A stretch of DNA of 64,000 nucleotides, taken from positions 1-64,000 of the forward strand of contig JAOZFI010000041.1 in assembly GCA_027491395.1 (NCBI GenBank), in the 5' to 3' direction. Positions 9,083 through 18,636 of this stretch are shown here, piece by piece. Made by a program: the position numbers and the translations under genes. The notes under the pieces were generated by a model, which saw only the letters and a list, made by a program, of their open reading frames with translations, made no database searches and was not told the origin of the DNA. The stretch's first letter is position 1. Every line of letters starts with the position of its first letter. Source of the DNA: Thermoproteota archaeon (GTDB lineage: Archaea; Korarchaeota; Korarchaeia; Korarchaeales; Korarchaeaceae).

Positions 9083-10074
9083 TGAGATCTTTCACCTATA
9101 CCAGAGAAGAGCTGATAGTGAAGAGCATAGCTGAACCGGGACCCTACGGGTACAGGCCCCGTGAGAGACCCCTTCCTTTTTACTTGGATAATGGAATCAT
9201 AAACCTGGACAAGCCTAGGGGACCTACTTCCCATACCGTGACCAAGCTCGTCAAGAGGATCTTGGAATACCCTGGAAAGATAGGGCACTGCGGGACCCTA
9301 GATCCCAAGGTGTCAGGGGTCCTACCCATAGTTCTGGGGAACGCCACCAAGCTGAGCAGGTTGATTGCGGGCTCCGACAAGGAGTACGTCGGAGTTCTTT
9401 ACCTGCACGGAGATGTGGACGAGGGCGAGCTGAGGGAGGCTCTGGACAAGTTCATTGGGCCCATATTTCAGAGGCCCCCGGTCAAGTCAGCTGTAAAGAG
9501 GACTCTGAGGGTGAGGAGGATCTACGAGCTGGAACTACTGGAGAGCGAGGGGCGGTTCCACCTCCTCAGGACTAGAGTGGAATCCGGGACCTACATAAGG
9601 AAGCTGTTCTTCGATATCGGGGAGTACCTTGGAGTTGGAGCCAGCATGAGGGAGTTGAGGAGGACAAGATCCGGCATCTTCAACGAGAGAGAGAGCGTGA
9701 CACTTCAAGATCTCTACGAGGCTTACATCCGGTGGAAGGATCGCGGAGAGGAGGACCGTCTTCGTGAATTGGTGCTCCCTCTCGAGGTTTCCGTGGCCCA
9801 CCTACCAAAGATAGTCGTCAAGGATAGCGCAGTAGCTTCTATCACCCATGGAGCCTCTCTGAAGGTCAAAGGAGTGAGTATGCTATCCAAAGACATAAAG
9901 AAAGGTGGTTTAGTGGCGATAATGACCCTAAAGGGTGAACTCGTGGCAATAGGGAGATCAACCATGACCTCTGAAGACATAGTCTCCTCGGAATCAGGTG
10001 TGGCTGCCACTATAGAGAGAGTCATAATGCCTAGGGACCTCTATCCTCCAATGTGGAAGAGGAAGGAGGCCTGA
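9082..10074 (+). CDS. cbf5: Cbf5 RNA-guided pseudouridine synthase (TruB family with PUA domain)
   Basis: LDKPRGPTSH, GHCGTLDPKVSG, QRPPVKSAVKR, GTYIR, YPPMW. Confidence 0.97.
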   Translation: MRSFTYTREELIVKSIAEPGPYGYRPRERPLPFYLDNGIINLDKPRGPTSHTVTKLVKRILEYPGKIGHCGTLDPKVSGVLPIVLGNATKLSRLIAGSDKEYVGVLYLHGDVDEGELREALDKFIGPIFQRPPVKSAVKRTLRVRRIYELELLESEGRFHLLRTRVESGTYIRKLFFDIGEYLGVGASMRELRRTRSGIFNERESVTLQDLYEAYIRWKDRGEEDRLRELVLPLEVSVAHLPKIVVKDSAVASITHGASLKVKGVSMLSKDIKKGGLVAIMTLKGELVAIGRSTMTSEDIVSSESGVAATIERVIMPRDLYPPMWKRKEA

Positions 10075-10126
10075 CCGAGTGCGCAACTATTAAATCCCCC
10101 AATTGTAAAGTTGTTGTACGGAGGTA

Positions 10127-10214
10127 GCCGGGGTGCCCTAGCCAGGAAGGGGGCTGGCCTGGAGAGCCAGTGGCCCATTGGGCCGCGAGGGTTCAAATCC
10201 CTCCCCCGGCGCCA
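10127..10214 (+). tRNA. tRNA-Ser(GGA), CCA encoded
   Basis: GCCGGGG/CCCCGGC acceptor stem, anticodon arm CTGGC-CT-GGA-GA-GCCAG, long variable arm, GGTTCAAATCC. Confidence 0.95.
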
Positions 10215-10346
10215 CCCGTGTAATTGCCAGCTCCAACCCCCTCATTGGAATCGGAGCCGTCTCGCCACTCTCCTCACCTGAACCGTCGGAGGAGCAAAAT
10301 ATTATATTACACTCAAGACCCCAAGTTCCGAAAGAGGGGTGAGGAA

Positions 10347-10799
10347 TTGTCGGAAACTGCGGAGCTGAGGAGAATAGTAAGGCTTCTCAACACAACCCTA
10401 GACGGTACTAAGCAGGTGCTTATCTCCCTTACAAATGTCAAGGGAATAAGCTTCGTTCTAGCTAAAGTGATCCTTATGAAGGCCGGTATTCCACCGAACA
10501 AGCTTCTCGGGGAGCTTACTGACGAGGAACTGGAGAAGATAGAGGATGTGGTCAACAATCCCGATAAGTACGGCATACCTTGGTGGATGATGAACCGGCA
10601 GAAGGACCCTAAGACCAACGAGTCCAGAATCCTGATAGGAGATGACGTATCTTGGATCATGACACAGGACATCAATTTGATGAAGAAGATAAGGAGCTGG
10701 AAGGGAATAAGACATGAGCTTGGCCTCAAAGTGAGAGGACAGAGGACCAAGACCACCGGAAGGGTTGGGAGGACCGTAGGATATCAGAGGAAGAAGTGA
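10347..10799 (+). CDS. rps13: 30S ribosomal protein uS13
   Basis: IVRLLNTTLDG, IPWWMMNRQKD, WKGIRHELGLKVRGQRTKTTGR; TTG 10347 follows SD GGGGTGA. Confidence 0.96.
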   Translation: MSETAELRRIVRLLNTTLDGTKQVLISLTNVKGISFVLAKVILMKAGIPPNKLLGELTDEELEKIEDVVNNPDKYGIPWWMMNRQKDPKTNESRILIGDDVSWIMTQDINLMKKIRSWKGIRHELGLKVRGQRTKTTGRVGRTVGYQRKK

Positions 10800-10810
10800 G
10801 GTGATACCTG

Positions 10811-11317
10811 ATGGGGGATCCGAAGAAGCCGAGGAAGAAATATGAGAGGCCCTACAAGCCCTGGGATAGACGAGTCCTCGAGGAGACAAACAGGCTAGCT
10901 GGCTACTATGGACTGAGAAATAAGAGAGAGCTCTGGAGGATGAGCTATCTCGCCAAGAAGTACAGGAGGATTGCCAGAGAGCTACTGGCAGCTCCAGAGG
11001 AGGAGAGGGTGAAGGTCGAGCCCATAATAAGGAAGCTCCAGAAGCTCGGGATAGTCGGAGAGGACGCCACCTTGGATGACCTCCTCGATCTGACGGTCGA
11101 TCAGTTCTTGGAGAGGAGGCTCCAGACAATTGTCTGGAAGAAGGGCTTCGCGAAAACTCCCTACATGGCGAGGCAGCTGATAACTCACGGTCACATTAGG
11201 ATCAATGGAAGGAGGATAAAGCAGCCAGGTTACCTAGTAGCTCTGGAAGAGGAGGAGACCATAGAATGCACTCATCCCGCATGTTTAGAGGAGCAGCCTG
11301 AGCAGAAGGCCGAATGA
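10811..11317 (+). CDS. rps4: 30S ribosomal protein uS4
   Basis: MGDPKK, YGLRNKRELW, LERRLQT, ARQLITHGHI. Confidence 0.97.
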   Translation: MGDPKKPRKKYERPYKPWDRRVLEETNRLAGYYGLRNKRELWRMSYLAKKYRRIARELLAAPEEERVKVEPIIRKLQKLGIVGEDATLDDLLDLTVDQFLERRLQTIVWKKGFAKTPYMARQLITHGHIRINGRRIKQPGYLVALEEEETIECTHPACLEEQPEQKAE

Positions 11318-11332
11318 TAAGGAGGTGATCTC

Positions 11333-11731
11333 ATGTCTACGCAGAAGAAGGGCAAGATCGGTGTGGCACACATCTACTCCTCCTTCAACGATACCATAGT
11401 CCACATCACCGATATAACCGGTGCAGAGACCTTGGCTAGGTACTCCGGCGGTATGTTCGTCGACGCCGACAGGCTCGAGGGGTCGCCATACGCGGCCCTC
11501 AAGGCGGCGATGGCCGCCGCCAAGGAGGCCCAGAAGAAGGGTGTAACCCATCTCATAGTCAAGGTCAGAGCTCCTGGCGGGATAAAGAGCAGGATCCCGG
11601 GACCCGGGGCCACGGCGGCAATAAGAGGACTCTCTAGATCGGGTCTCATACTCATCAGGGTTGAGGACGTCACGCCCATACCTCATGATGGGTGCAGGAG
11701 GCCCCACGGTAGGAGAGGGAGGAGGGTCTGA
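11333..11731 (+). CDS. rps11: 30S ribosomal protein uS11
   Basis: [31 protein letters not shown]-like, HDGCR. Confidence 0.97.
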   Translation: MSTQKKGKIGVAHIYSSFNDTIVHITDITGAETLARYSGGMFVDADRLEGSPYAALKAAMAAAKEAQKKGVTHLIVKVRAPGGIKSRIPGPGATAAIRGLSRSGLILIRVEDVTPIPHDGCRRPHGRRGRRV

Positions 11732-11739
11732 TCCCTCTC

Positions 11740-11750
11740 AAACTTTTATT
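11740..11750 (+). promoter_or_regulatory. Internal TATA-like promoter for the orphan-rpoD unit
   Basis: AAACTTTTATT about 35 nt before the GTG at 11784. Confidence 0.45.
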
Positions 11751-11783
11751 CCCGTGCACCCCAATTAGGATGAGGTAACCCTC

Positions 11784-12770
11784 GTGCCGGGGGATAACTT
11801 AGAGGAGATAGAGCCCCTGCTCAGCTGGTACGAGAAAGGGGCGGATTCCGTTAAGGTGGTCTCGCTTGGCCTAGATGGGCGTACTGTTCTCCTCGATATC
11901 AGGGGTAAGAAAAATATACGGCTACTAGTCGCACTGTACGATCCATCCTCGGATGGTAATTTCTCCATGTGGCTGAGGGATCTAATAGAATCTCATAAAA
12001 GGGCAGGAATAGAGTTCAATCGAGTGGAGGTCTGGACCTTATCGGAGATTGCGGAGGAGTTACTAGCGGAATCCGGAAAGCTTGATGGCATAGAAATAAC
12101 GGTAAGATATCTCTCAGAGATCGAGTCGCCTCTACCCTCTACGATCACCATTCCCTCTCCGGAGGAGCGAGCGACCATTATGAGAACGAGTAGACCCTCC
12201 TTCAGGAAGGAGAAGAGCAGAACTATTGTCATGGTCAAGGAGAAGGAAGAGCGCGGTGTTAAGTACGCGGAGCCCGATCAGAGCAGGGATGACAGCTTAA
12301 CTGCAATTCTGAACGAGATAAAGAGGACCATAGATCAGTCGATGAAGTCCATTGTGGAGGAGGTGAGGAAGGGTAACGAGATAGATCTCCTCAATAAGAT
12401 ACACGAGTTGGAGAAGAGAGTGGAACTCTTGGAGGCGATGATAAGGCTGCTAGGACAGCAGGGAACCATCAATCTACAACCAGCTGGCTGGGTGATGAGG
12501 AACAGCGTCCTGCCCAAGCTGGAACCCACCGAGATCGAGAATGAGTATAGGAGAGAGCAACCGACCGGAGCTGAGGCTGTTAGAACGAGAGAGGAGGAGA
12601 GGGCGGAATCCACCCCCGGAGACAGCCATCAAGTTAATATTCCATCCGCTCAAGAGAGCGGTGGATCCGAGGAATTCCCGACCACGGGATCCGAGGACAT
12701 ACTTGAAGAGATATTAAGCAACCCGTGGGTCGAGATCCTCAGGAGGAAGGGTGAAGGCGTTGAGGGCTAG
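11784..12770 (+). CDS. Hypothetical protein (globular N-domain, coiled coil, disordered linker, C-terminal helix)
   Basis: 328-aa ORF with SD GAGGT; overlaps the rpoD start; family not recognised. Confidence 0.8.
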   Translation: MPGDNLEEIEPLLSWYEKGADSVKVVSLGLDGRTVLLDIRGKKNIRLLVALYDPSSDGNFSMWLRDLIESHKRAGIEFNRVEVWTLSEIAEELLAESGKLDGIEITVRYLSEIESPLPSTITIPSPEERATIMRTSRPSFRKEKSRTIVMVKEKEERGVKYAEPDQSRDDSLTAILNEIKRTIDQSMKSIVEEVRKGNEIDLLNKIHELEKRVELLEAMIRLLGQQGTINLQPAGWVMRNSVLPKLEPTEIENEYRREQPTGAEAVRTREEERAESTPGDSHQVNIPSAQESGGSEEFPTTGSEDILEEILSNPWVEILRRKGEGVEG

Positions 12771-13524
12771 GATCGTAAAACTTACTGATGATGAGGCCGT
12801 TATAGTGGTGGAGGAGGCTAAGCCGCCCTTGGTGAATGCCCTGAGGAGGGCCATAATATCGGAGATACCCATATTCGCCGTAGACGAGGTGATATTCTTC
12901 GAGAACTCGACCCCTTTCTTCGATGAATACATTGCTCACAGGCTAGCCATGGTCCCGCTGAAGACAAATCTGGATGTAGTCAGGGCGGATCCAGAGAGGA
13001 CGGTCGTCCTCGAGCTAGTCAGGGAAGCCAAGGAAGACGTTGAAACCGTTTACTCAGGCGAACTCAAGTCATCGGATCCTCTAATCGTTCCAGCCAACGA
13101 GAGGATCCCTATAATCAAGATGAGGCAGGGTCAGAGGATAAGGCTCCAGGCGGTGGCCAGGCTGGGTAAGGGGAAGGATCACTCGAAGTGGCAGCCAGCC
13201 GTTGCTGTCGGCTACAGTTACATGCCCGTGTACGAACTGAGCAAGGACCTGCTCAAGGAGTGCGACCTCTCGAAGTGCGATGAGTGCATGAAGAAGAAGA
13301 GGAAGAAAGTCTTGGTGGATTACCCGGTTCTCTGTGAGGGATGCTTGGAAGCCTTGAAGAGATGCAGACTGGACAACCCCGATAAGGTCGTCAGGAAGTG
13401 GGATGACTCTAGGATAATTCTGAGGTACGAGACCACCGGCGCCTTGTCAGCGCAGGAGGTCTTCTTAGAGGCTATAAACCAGCTCAAGCTCAAGTTAAAC
13501 GAATTTTTAGAGAGGCTTGGATGA
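12751..13524 (+). CDS. rpoD: DNA-directed RNA polymerase subunit D (Rpo3)
   Basis: NALRRAIISEIP, ENST..DEYIAHRLAMVPL, GKGKDHSKWQP, ETTGAL; Cys-rich domain 3. Confidence 0.96.
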   Translation: MKALRARIVKLTDDEAVIVVEEAKPPLVNALRRAIISEIPIFAVDEVIFFENSTPFFDEYIAHRLAMVPLKTNLDVVRADPERTVVLELVREAKEDVETVYSGELKSSDPLIVPANERIPIIKMRQGQRIRLQAVARLGKGKDHSKWQPAVAVGYSYMPVYELSKDLLKECDLSKCDECMKKKRKKVLVDYPVLCEGCLEALKRCRLDNPDKVVRKWDDSRIILRYETTGALSAQEVFLEAINQLKLKLNEFLERLG

Positions 13525-13565
13525 TTAAGCTTTAATAGGAGAATACCCTTAAGGGAAGATTGGAA

Positions 13566-13655
13566 GCGGGGGTAGCCAAGCCAGGTCCAAGGCGCCCGCT
13601 TGAGGGGCGGGTGGGCGTCAGGCCCGCGTGGGTTCAAATCCCACCCCCCGCACCA
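13566..13655 (+). tRNA. tRNA-Leu(GAG), CCA encoded
   Basis: GCGGGGG/CCCCCGC acceptor stem, CCCGC-TT-GAG-GG-GCGGG, long variable arm, GGTTCAAATCC. Confidence 0.95.
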
Positions 13656-13706
13656 TGCATCTTTATTAAAGCCGGCAATGCCCCCCTATGTGAGAGGAGG
13701 ATAGAA

Positions 13707-14069
13707 GTGAAGCCCACGGGACCGACGAACCCAAGGTTGATAAGGATGATAAACAGGCTTGAGAAGGCCTCTAGGGTTAACAACGCCCCAATCTGGAGGG
13801 TCGTCGCGGAGAAGCTCCGGAGGCCAACTAGGGCTAGGATAGAGGTTAATCTCTGGAAGATAGACAAGTACTCGGAGGGAGCGGCGGTGATCATAGTGCC
13901 TGGAAAGGTCCTAGGTGAGGGGGAGATCACGAAACCCGTTATCGTGGCCGCAGCCAACTTCTCGTCCGTAGCAAAGAGGAAGATCGAGGAGGCCGGTGGG
14001 AAGGCCTATCTGCTCGATGAATACGTGGAGGAGAACCCCAAGGGCTCGAACACAAGGATAGTCATGTGA
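13707..14069 (+). CDS. rpl18e: 50S ribosomal protein eL18
   Basis: TGPTNP, APIWR, EVNL.KI, VPGKVLG, NPKGSN; GTG 13707 after GGAGG (the ORF-track start overlaps the tRNA). Confidence 0.95.
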   Translation: MKPTGPTNPRLIRMINRLEKASRVNNAPIWRVVAEKLRRPTRARIEVNLWKIDKYSEGAAVIIVPGKVLGEGEITKPVIVAAANFSSVAKRKIEEAGGKAYLLDEYVEENPKGSNTRIVM

Positions 14070-14078
14070 GGTGGTTGG

Positions 14079-14570
14079 ATGAAGTACGACTTGGTGGTGG
14101 ACGCTGAGGGGAAGATCCTCGGTAGGATGGCCTCCTACGTGGCTAAGGAATTGTTGAAGGGTAAGAGGGTGGCCATAGTCAATGCCGAGAAGGCAGTAAT
14201 CACGGGCAATCCCCAAACGATACTGAAAAAGTACCTGACTAGGAGGTCCATTCAGAGTACTATACACCCTAGGAAGTCGCCGGTACAGCCGAGGACTCCG
14301 GACAGAATAGTTTGGAAGACCGTCAGGGGCATGCTCCCCATGAAGAAGGCCAAGGGCAGGGAGGCCCTGAGGAGACTAAGGGTTTTCATAGGGGTCCCTG
14401 AGGAGCTGGCCGATGTGGAGAAGGACGTTGGCCTCAAGGAGGACGAGAGGACATACATTAAATATACGGTACAGTCACTCAAACCGAAGAAGACCAAGGG
14501 TTATGTGACCGTGCTCTGGCTGGCTAAACAGCTGGGTTGGAAGGGGGTAAAGTATGTCGAGCAGGAGTAA
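14079..14570 (+). CDS. rpl13: 50S ribosomal protein uL13
   Basis: ILGRMAS, VNAEKAVITG, PDRI..TVRGMLP, FIGVP. Confidence 0.96.
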   Translation: MKYDLVVDAEGKILGRMASYVAKELLKGKRVAIVNAEKAVITGNPQTILKKYLTRRSIQSTIHPRKSPVQPRTPDRIVWKTVRGMLPMKKAKGREALRRLRVFIGVPEELADVEKDVGLKEDERTYIKYTVQSLKPKKTKGYVTVLWLAKQLGWKGVKYVEQE

Positions 14571-14979
14571 GCGTAATGGCGTTCTCGCTCTCGCTTCATC
14601 TAGGAGGAAGACCGCTAGGGCGATGGCCGTCATAAGGAAGGGAAGTGGAAGGCTTTACATAAACGGATTTCCGGTCGAGGTATATGCTCCGAACGAGTTC
14701 GTCAGGATGAAGATACTGGAGCCCCTCTGGCTTGCGAAGGACTACGTCTCCGACATTGACATCTACGTGAGGGTCAAGGGAGGAGGGTTCATGGCCCAAG
14801 CGGATGCCGTCAGGATGGCCGTGGGAAGGGCTCTCGTGGAGTACACCGGCAGTGAGCATCTCAAAGAGCTGTTCAAGGAGTACGACCGGACTATACTCAA
14901 GGGAGATCCTAGACAGACGGAGCCTAAGAAGTATGGCGGCAGGAGCGCTAGGGCGAGGTTCCAGAAGTCTTATAGGTAA
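14554..14979 (+). CDS. rps9: 30S ribosomal protein uS9
   Basis: RKTARA, VKGGG..QADA, GDPRQTEPKKYGGRSARARFQKSYR. Confidence 0.97.
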   Translation: MSSRSKRNGVLALASSRRKTARAMAVIRKGSGRLYINGFPVEVYAPNEFVRMKILEPLWLAKDYVSDIDIYVRVKGGGFMAQADAVRMAVGRALVEYTGSEHLKELFKEYDRTILKGDPRQTEPKKYGGRSARARFQKSYR

Positions 14980-15011
14980 CCTTTCTCATCCCCTTTATGG
15001 AGGGATAAGCC

Positions 15012-15416
15012 TTGTCCGTTACCCGAGGTAGTGCTGGAGAGCTTAAGAAGGGCAGTTACGTCGTTCTAGATGGTGAACCTTGCGAGGTCCTCAGCGTGTC
15101 CAAGTCCAAGCCTGGGAAGCACGGAGCCGCTAAGGTGAGGATAGAGGCCAGGGGAATCTTCGACGGGACCAGAAGGTCCAAGATATTCCCAGCTGATGCC
15201 TTGGTGGAGATCCCCATAGTGGATAAGAAGACGGCGCAGGTGACTAGCGTCTACGGGAACACCGTCCAGCTGATGGATCTGAGCAGCTACGACATGTTTG
15301 AGCTTCCCATGCCCGACGATCCCGATCTGGCCTCCAAGCTGCAGCCGGGCGTAGAAGTCGAGTACTGGGAGTCCATGGGCAAGAGGAAGATCGTTAGGAT
15401 AAGGGGCGGCGGTTAG
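15012..15416 (+). CDS. eif5a: Translation factor aIF5A
   Basis: Hypusination motif SKPGKHGAAK. Confidence 0.97.
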   Translation: MSVTRGSAGELKKGSYVVLDGEPCEVLSVSKSKPGKHGAAKVRIEARGIFDGTRRSKIFPADALVEIPIVDKKTAQVTSVYGNTVQLMDLSSYDMFELPMPDDPDLASKLQPGVEVEYWESMGKRKIVRIRGGG

Positions 15417-15421
15417 GAGGA

Positions 15422-16741
15422 TTGGTCCTAGATAAGCTCGGGACGTCCCTGAGGAAAGCTGTGAGCAGGCTGAGAGGCCGACCCGTAGTAGATGAAGCGG
15501 CGATAAACGAGCTCCTCAGGGATGTCCAGAGGGCTCTTTTAGAGGCGGATGTCAACGTTAAACTCGTCTTGGAACTCTCCAAGAGAGTTAAGGAACGTAC
15601 CCTCAAGGAGGACGTCCCTCCTGGATTCAGCAGGAGGGAACTGGCCGTCAAGATACTTTATGAGGAGCTCACCAACCTATTGGGAAGGAGACCAGCCGAG
15701 ATAGAGATCGACGGTAAGAGGACTAACGTGATCCTAGTTGTAGGTATAGAGGGATCGGGCAAGACCACCACGGTGGCGAAACTCGCCCACTGGTTCTCTA
15801 AGAGGTACGGAAAGGTGGCGATCGTGTCATCCGATGTGATAAGGCCAGCTTCGAAGCTTCAACTTGAGCAGATGGTCGGGGGCGAGATACCTATATTCTG
15901 GGAGGATCACGAGGATCCGGTCCGCATAATGAGGGACGGTCTGGAGAGGTTCATGAAGGAGAAATACAACGTTGTCATAGTGGATACCGCCGGGAGGCAT
16001 AAGGAAGAGGAGGGGCTCATGAAGGAGCTGAGAGAGTACTACGAGGCGGTTAAACCAGACATGGTAATTCTGGTGGTGGACGGCACCATAGGACAGGCTG
16101 CCTACAATCAGGCGAAGGCATTTGCAGACAGCATCCCGATAGGTGGGGTAATCGTAACCAAGCTGGATGGAGCGGCCAAGGGAGGAGGTGCTCTCTCGGC
16201 GGTGGCTGCGGCGGGCGCCCCCATATACTTCATAGGAACCGGGGAGAAGCTCGATGACTTGGAGAAGTTCGACCCCGACAGGTTCGTCTCTAGGCTCTTA
16301 GGTGGAGGAGACATTGTAGAGCTGGCTAGAAGAATGGAAGAGGCTTTCAAGGAGTCGGAGCTCTTGGACAGAATTTCAAAGGGCAAATTCGACTTGGAGG
16401 ACTTCAGGGAGTACCTTCAGCAGCTCAGGAAGGCTGGTCCCTTGGACAAGCTCTTGGAGATGATACCCGGGGTGGGTGGGAGGCTCTCCAACTTGGAGTT
16501 CGACCCGAAGGAGATGGACCGGTGGATGGCCATAATTAATTCAATGACCCCGGAGGAGAGGAGGGAACCCTCGCTCATCAGGGGAAGCAGGGTCGAGAGG
16601 ATAGCTAGGGGCTCGGGAGTAACCGCCAAGGACGTGAGGAGGCTCCTCAAATCCTACAATCAGGTGAAGAGAATGATGGAGTCCATGTCCTCTCCAGCCA
16701 AGATGAGACGTTTGATGAGGAGGATGGGCCTTGGAGCCTGA
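15422..16741 (+). CDS. srp54: Signal recognition particle protein SRP54
   Basis: ALLEADV, GSGKTTT, DTAGR, TKLDGAAKGGGALS, M-domain INSMT..RIARGSG. Confidence 0.97.
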   Translation: MVLDKLGTSLRKAVSRLRGRPVVDEAAINELLRDVQRALLEADVNVKLVLELSKRVKERTLKEDVPPGFSRRELAVKILYEELTNLLGRRPAEIEIDGKRTNVILVVGIEGSGKTTTVAKLAHWFSKRYGKVAIVSSDVIRPASKLQLEQMVGGEIPIFWEDHEDPVRIMRDGLERFMKEKYNVVIVDTAGRHKEEEGLMKELREYYEAVKPDMVILVVDGTIGQAAYNQAKAFADSIPIGGVIVTKLDGAAKGGGALSAVAAAGAPIYFIGTGEKLDDLEKFDPDRFVSRLLGGGDIVELARRMEEAFKESELLDRISKGKFDLEDFREYLQQLRKAGPLDKLLEMIPGVGGRLSNLEFDPKEMDRWMAIINSMTPEERREPSLIRGSRVERIARGSGVTAKDVRRLLKSYNQVKRMMESMSSPAKMRRLMRRMGLGA

Positions 16742-17951
16742 TTTCGAGCTGGTAAGGAAGATAGTCGGGAGAGAGGGGAGACTTTGCAGGTTCTGCCTTG
16801 GCAGCTTGGTTGGCGAGAAGCTCGGAGCGATCCCCAATGCGGTGAAAGGAGCAGCTCTTGGGAGCATACTGGAACTCACCGGGAGAAGTTCTGAGGGACC
16901 ATGTGCTGTATGCGACGATCTGATAGAGAATTCCATAGATGATCTGGTGGAGAGGGCGTTGAGGCTGCTATCCATCGTCGAATATAAAAGTGTGAAAGCA
17001 GGGGTGAAGCTGCCTCCACGGTTGATCGAGAGGGAGGATCGACTGAGAGCTAAGTACAACCCTCCCAACATGGTATCGGTGAAGTTAACCCTGATCAAGT
17101 GGCTGGACCTCGTTCTCTCCGCCGAGACGGGCGCACCCATAGAAAAAGACCCCGACGTCTTGGTGACCTTCGACCTCATGCTCAAGGACGTTGAGCTTAG
17201 GATAAGCCCTGTCTTCATATACGGCAGGTACAGGAAGCTCGAGAGGGGCATATCCCAGTCCCGTAGGAAGTGTCCCTACTGCGGCGGTAGGGGATGCGAG
17301 AAGTGCAATTGGACTGGTAAGATAGCGGAGGGGTCTGTGGAGGGGATGATAGGTGAGGTGATGAAGGAGTTCTTTGAATCAGACGATTATGTGCTCCATG
17401 GTGCCGGGAGAGAGGACGTGGATGCCCGGATGTTGGGGAGGGGGAGGCCTTTCGTGATGGAACTGATGAATCCCAAAAGGAGGAGCGCCGATCTAAAGAG
17501 GATAGAGGAGGAGATCAATGCTAAGTGGAAAGGTAAGGTGGAAGTACTTGATCTCAGGTATTCCAATAGGGAGGAGGTAAGAAGACTGAAGGAAGGATCT
17601 CCCGAGGTAAGAAAGCTCTACAGGGCCTTGGTCGAAGTAGATGGGGTTGTCACCGACAAGGACCTTGAGAAGGTTGAAAGGGAACTCACCGGGGCTGTCA
17701 TAAGGCAGAGGACCCCTAAGAGGGTCTCTTGGAGGAGAGCGGACCTAGTGAGGGTGAGAAAGGTTTACGAGGTTAAGACCAAGAAGCTGGACGAAAGGAC
17801 CTTCGAAATGACCGTTCTATGCGACGGAGGGCTTTACGTCAAGGAGTTAATATCGGGCGATGAGGGGAGGACCACCCCTAGCGTTGCCGAGGTATTGGGG
17901 AAAAAAGCTTTTTGTAGGGAACTGGATGTGTTAGAGGTACTCGGTCACTGA
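16731..17951 (+). CDS. pus10: tRNA pseudouridine(54/55) synthase Pus10
   Basis: GRYRKL.RGISQ, HGAGREDVDARMLG.GRPF, QRTPKRV, GLYVKELISGD. Confidence 0.95.
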   Translation: MEPDFELVRKIVGREGRLCRFCLGSLVGEKLGAIPNAVKGAALGSILELTGRSSEGPCAVCDDLIENSIDDLVERALRLLSIVEYKSVKAGVKLPPRLIEREDRLRAKYNPPNMVSVKLTLIKWLDLVLSAETGAPIEKDPDVLVTFDLMLKDVELRISPVFIYGRYRKLERGISQSRRKCPYCGGRGCEKCNWTGKIAEGSVEGMIGEVMKEFFESDDYVLHGAGREDVDARMLGRGRPFVMELMNPKRRSADLKRIEEEINAKWKGKVEVLDLRYSNREEVRRLKEGSPEVRKLYRALVEVDGVVTDKDLEKVERELTGAVIRQRTPKRVSWRRADLVRVRKVYEVKTKKLDERTFEMTVLCDGGLYVKELISGDEGRTTPSVAEVLGKKAFCRELDVLEVLGH

Positions 17952-17969
17952 CGAATAGGGTGAGTCGAA

Positions 17970-18266
17970 ATGGGAAGGAGATCATTCGGATTTCTCTACA
18001 AGTCCAGGGACTTCCTCTCGAAGACTCCGAGGGAGAAGGGAAGGCCTTCTCCCGCGAAGTATCTGAGGGAGTTAGAGGTTGGGGATAAGGTAGTCATAGA
18101 TGTGGAACCATCTGAGAGGAGGGGTATGCCCCACAGGAGGTACCAGGGCAAGGTCGGCGTGGTTGTAGGGAAGAGGGGCCACGCCTACTTGGTGGATGTG
18201 AAGCTAGGGAACAAAGTGAAGCATCTAATAGTTCTCCCAGTGCATCTCAAGAAGCACAAGGAGTGA
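17970..18266 (+). CDS. rpl21e: 50S ribosomal protein eL21
   Basis: GDKV.I, GMPHRRYQGKVG, PVHLK. Confidence 0.96.
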   Translation: MGRRSFGFLYKSRDFLSKTPREKGRPSPAKYLRELEVGDKVVIDVEPSERRGMPHRRYQGKVGVVVGKRGHAYLVDVKLGNKVKHLIVLPVHLKKHKE

Positions 18267-18279
18267 ATGAGGGATCAAC

Positions 18280-18636
18280 TTGTCCCAGTCGGATGCAAGC
18301 GGGGAGAGGAAGCCCCTCACGCTCGCTGAGGTGAAGGCCCTAGTCTTCGAGAAGTGGACCTCCAACATGGAGAGGTTGAACCTCGATCAGAAGAGGCTCC
18401 TCACATACCTCTCCAAGTTCACCAAGGTGGGGGATGCCGCGAAGGCTAGAGAGGTAGTCGATCAGCTCGTGGTGAGGTTCAACCTCAAGGAGGAGCACGC
18501 TGTCATGCTGGTCAATGTGCTCCCTAAGAGTGTGGAGGAGTTGAAGGCCTACCTCTACAAGGACTACCCTCTTTTAGGTGAGTCGGACTACAAGGAAATG
18601 CTTAACTTATTGAAGGGGCTGAAGGAGGAAGAGTGA
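18280..18636 (+). CDS. rpoF: RNA polymerase subunit F (Rpo4)
   Basis: LTLAEVK, YLSKF, LVNVLPKSVEEL (HRDC-like); conserved eL21-rpoF-DUF655 order. Confidence 0.9.
   Translation: MSQSDASGERKPLTLAEVKALVFEKWTSNMERLNLDQKRLLTYLSKFTKVGDAAKAREVVDQLVVRFNLKEEHAVMLVNVLPKSVEELKAYLYKDYPLLGESDYKEMLNLLKGLKEEE

Noticed and set aside
10224-10346. N-terminal extension of uS13 and two small hairpins after tRNA-Ser (possible H/ACA RNA on the minus strand)
   Set aside because: The true start is TTG 10347 with an SD; the hairpins lack a convincing K-turn, pocket and ACA geometry
11685-11733. C/D-like AUGAUGG...CUGA at the rps11 end, and the 13-nt GGAGGGTCTGATC shared with the rps5 end
   Set aside because: Dictated by conserved protein termini (PHDG..RRV-stop; WRV-stop) and AGG codon bias
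13560-13706. ORF-track 5' extension of eL18
   Set aside because: It runs through tRNA-Leu; the real start is GTG 13707
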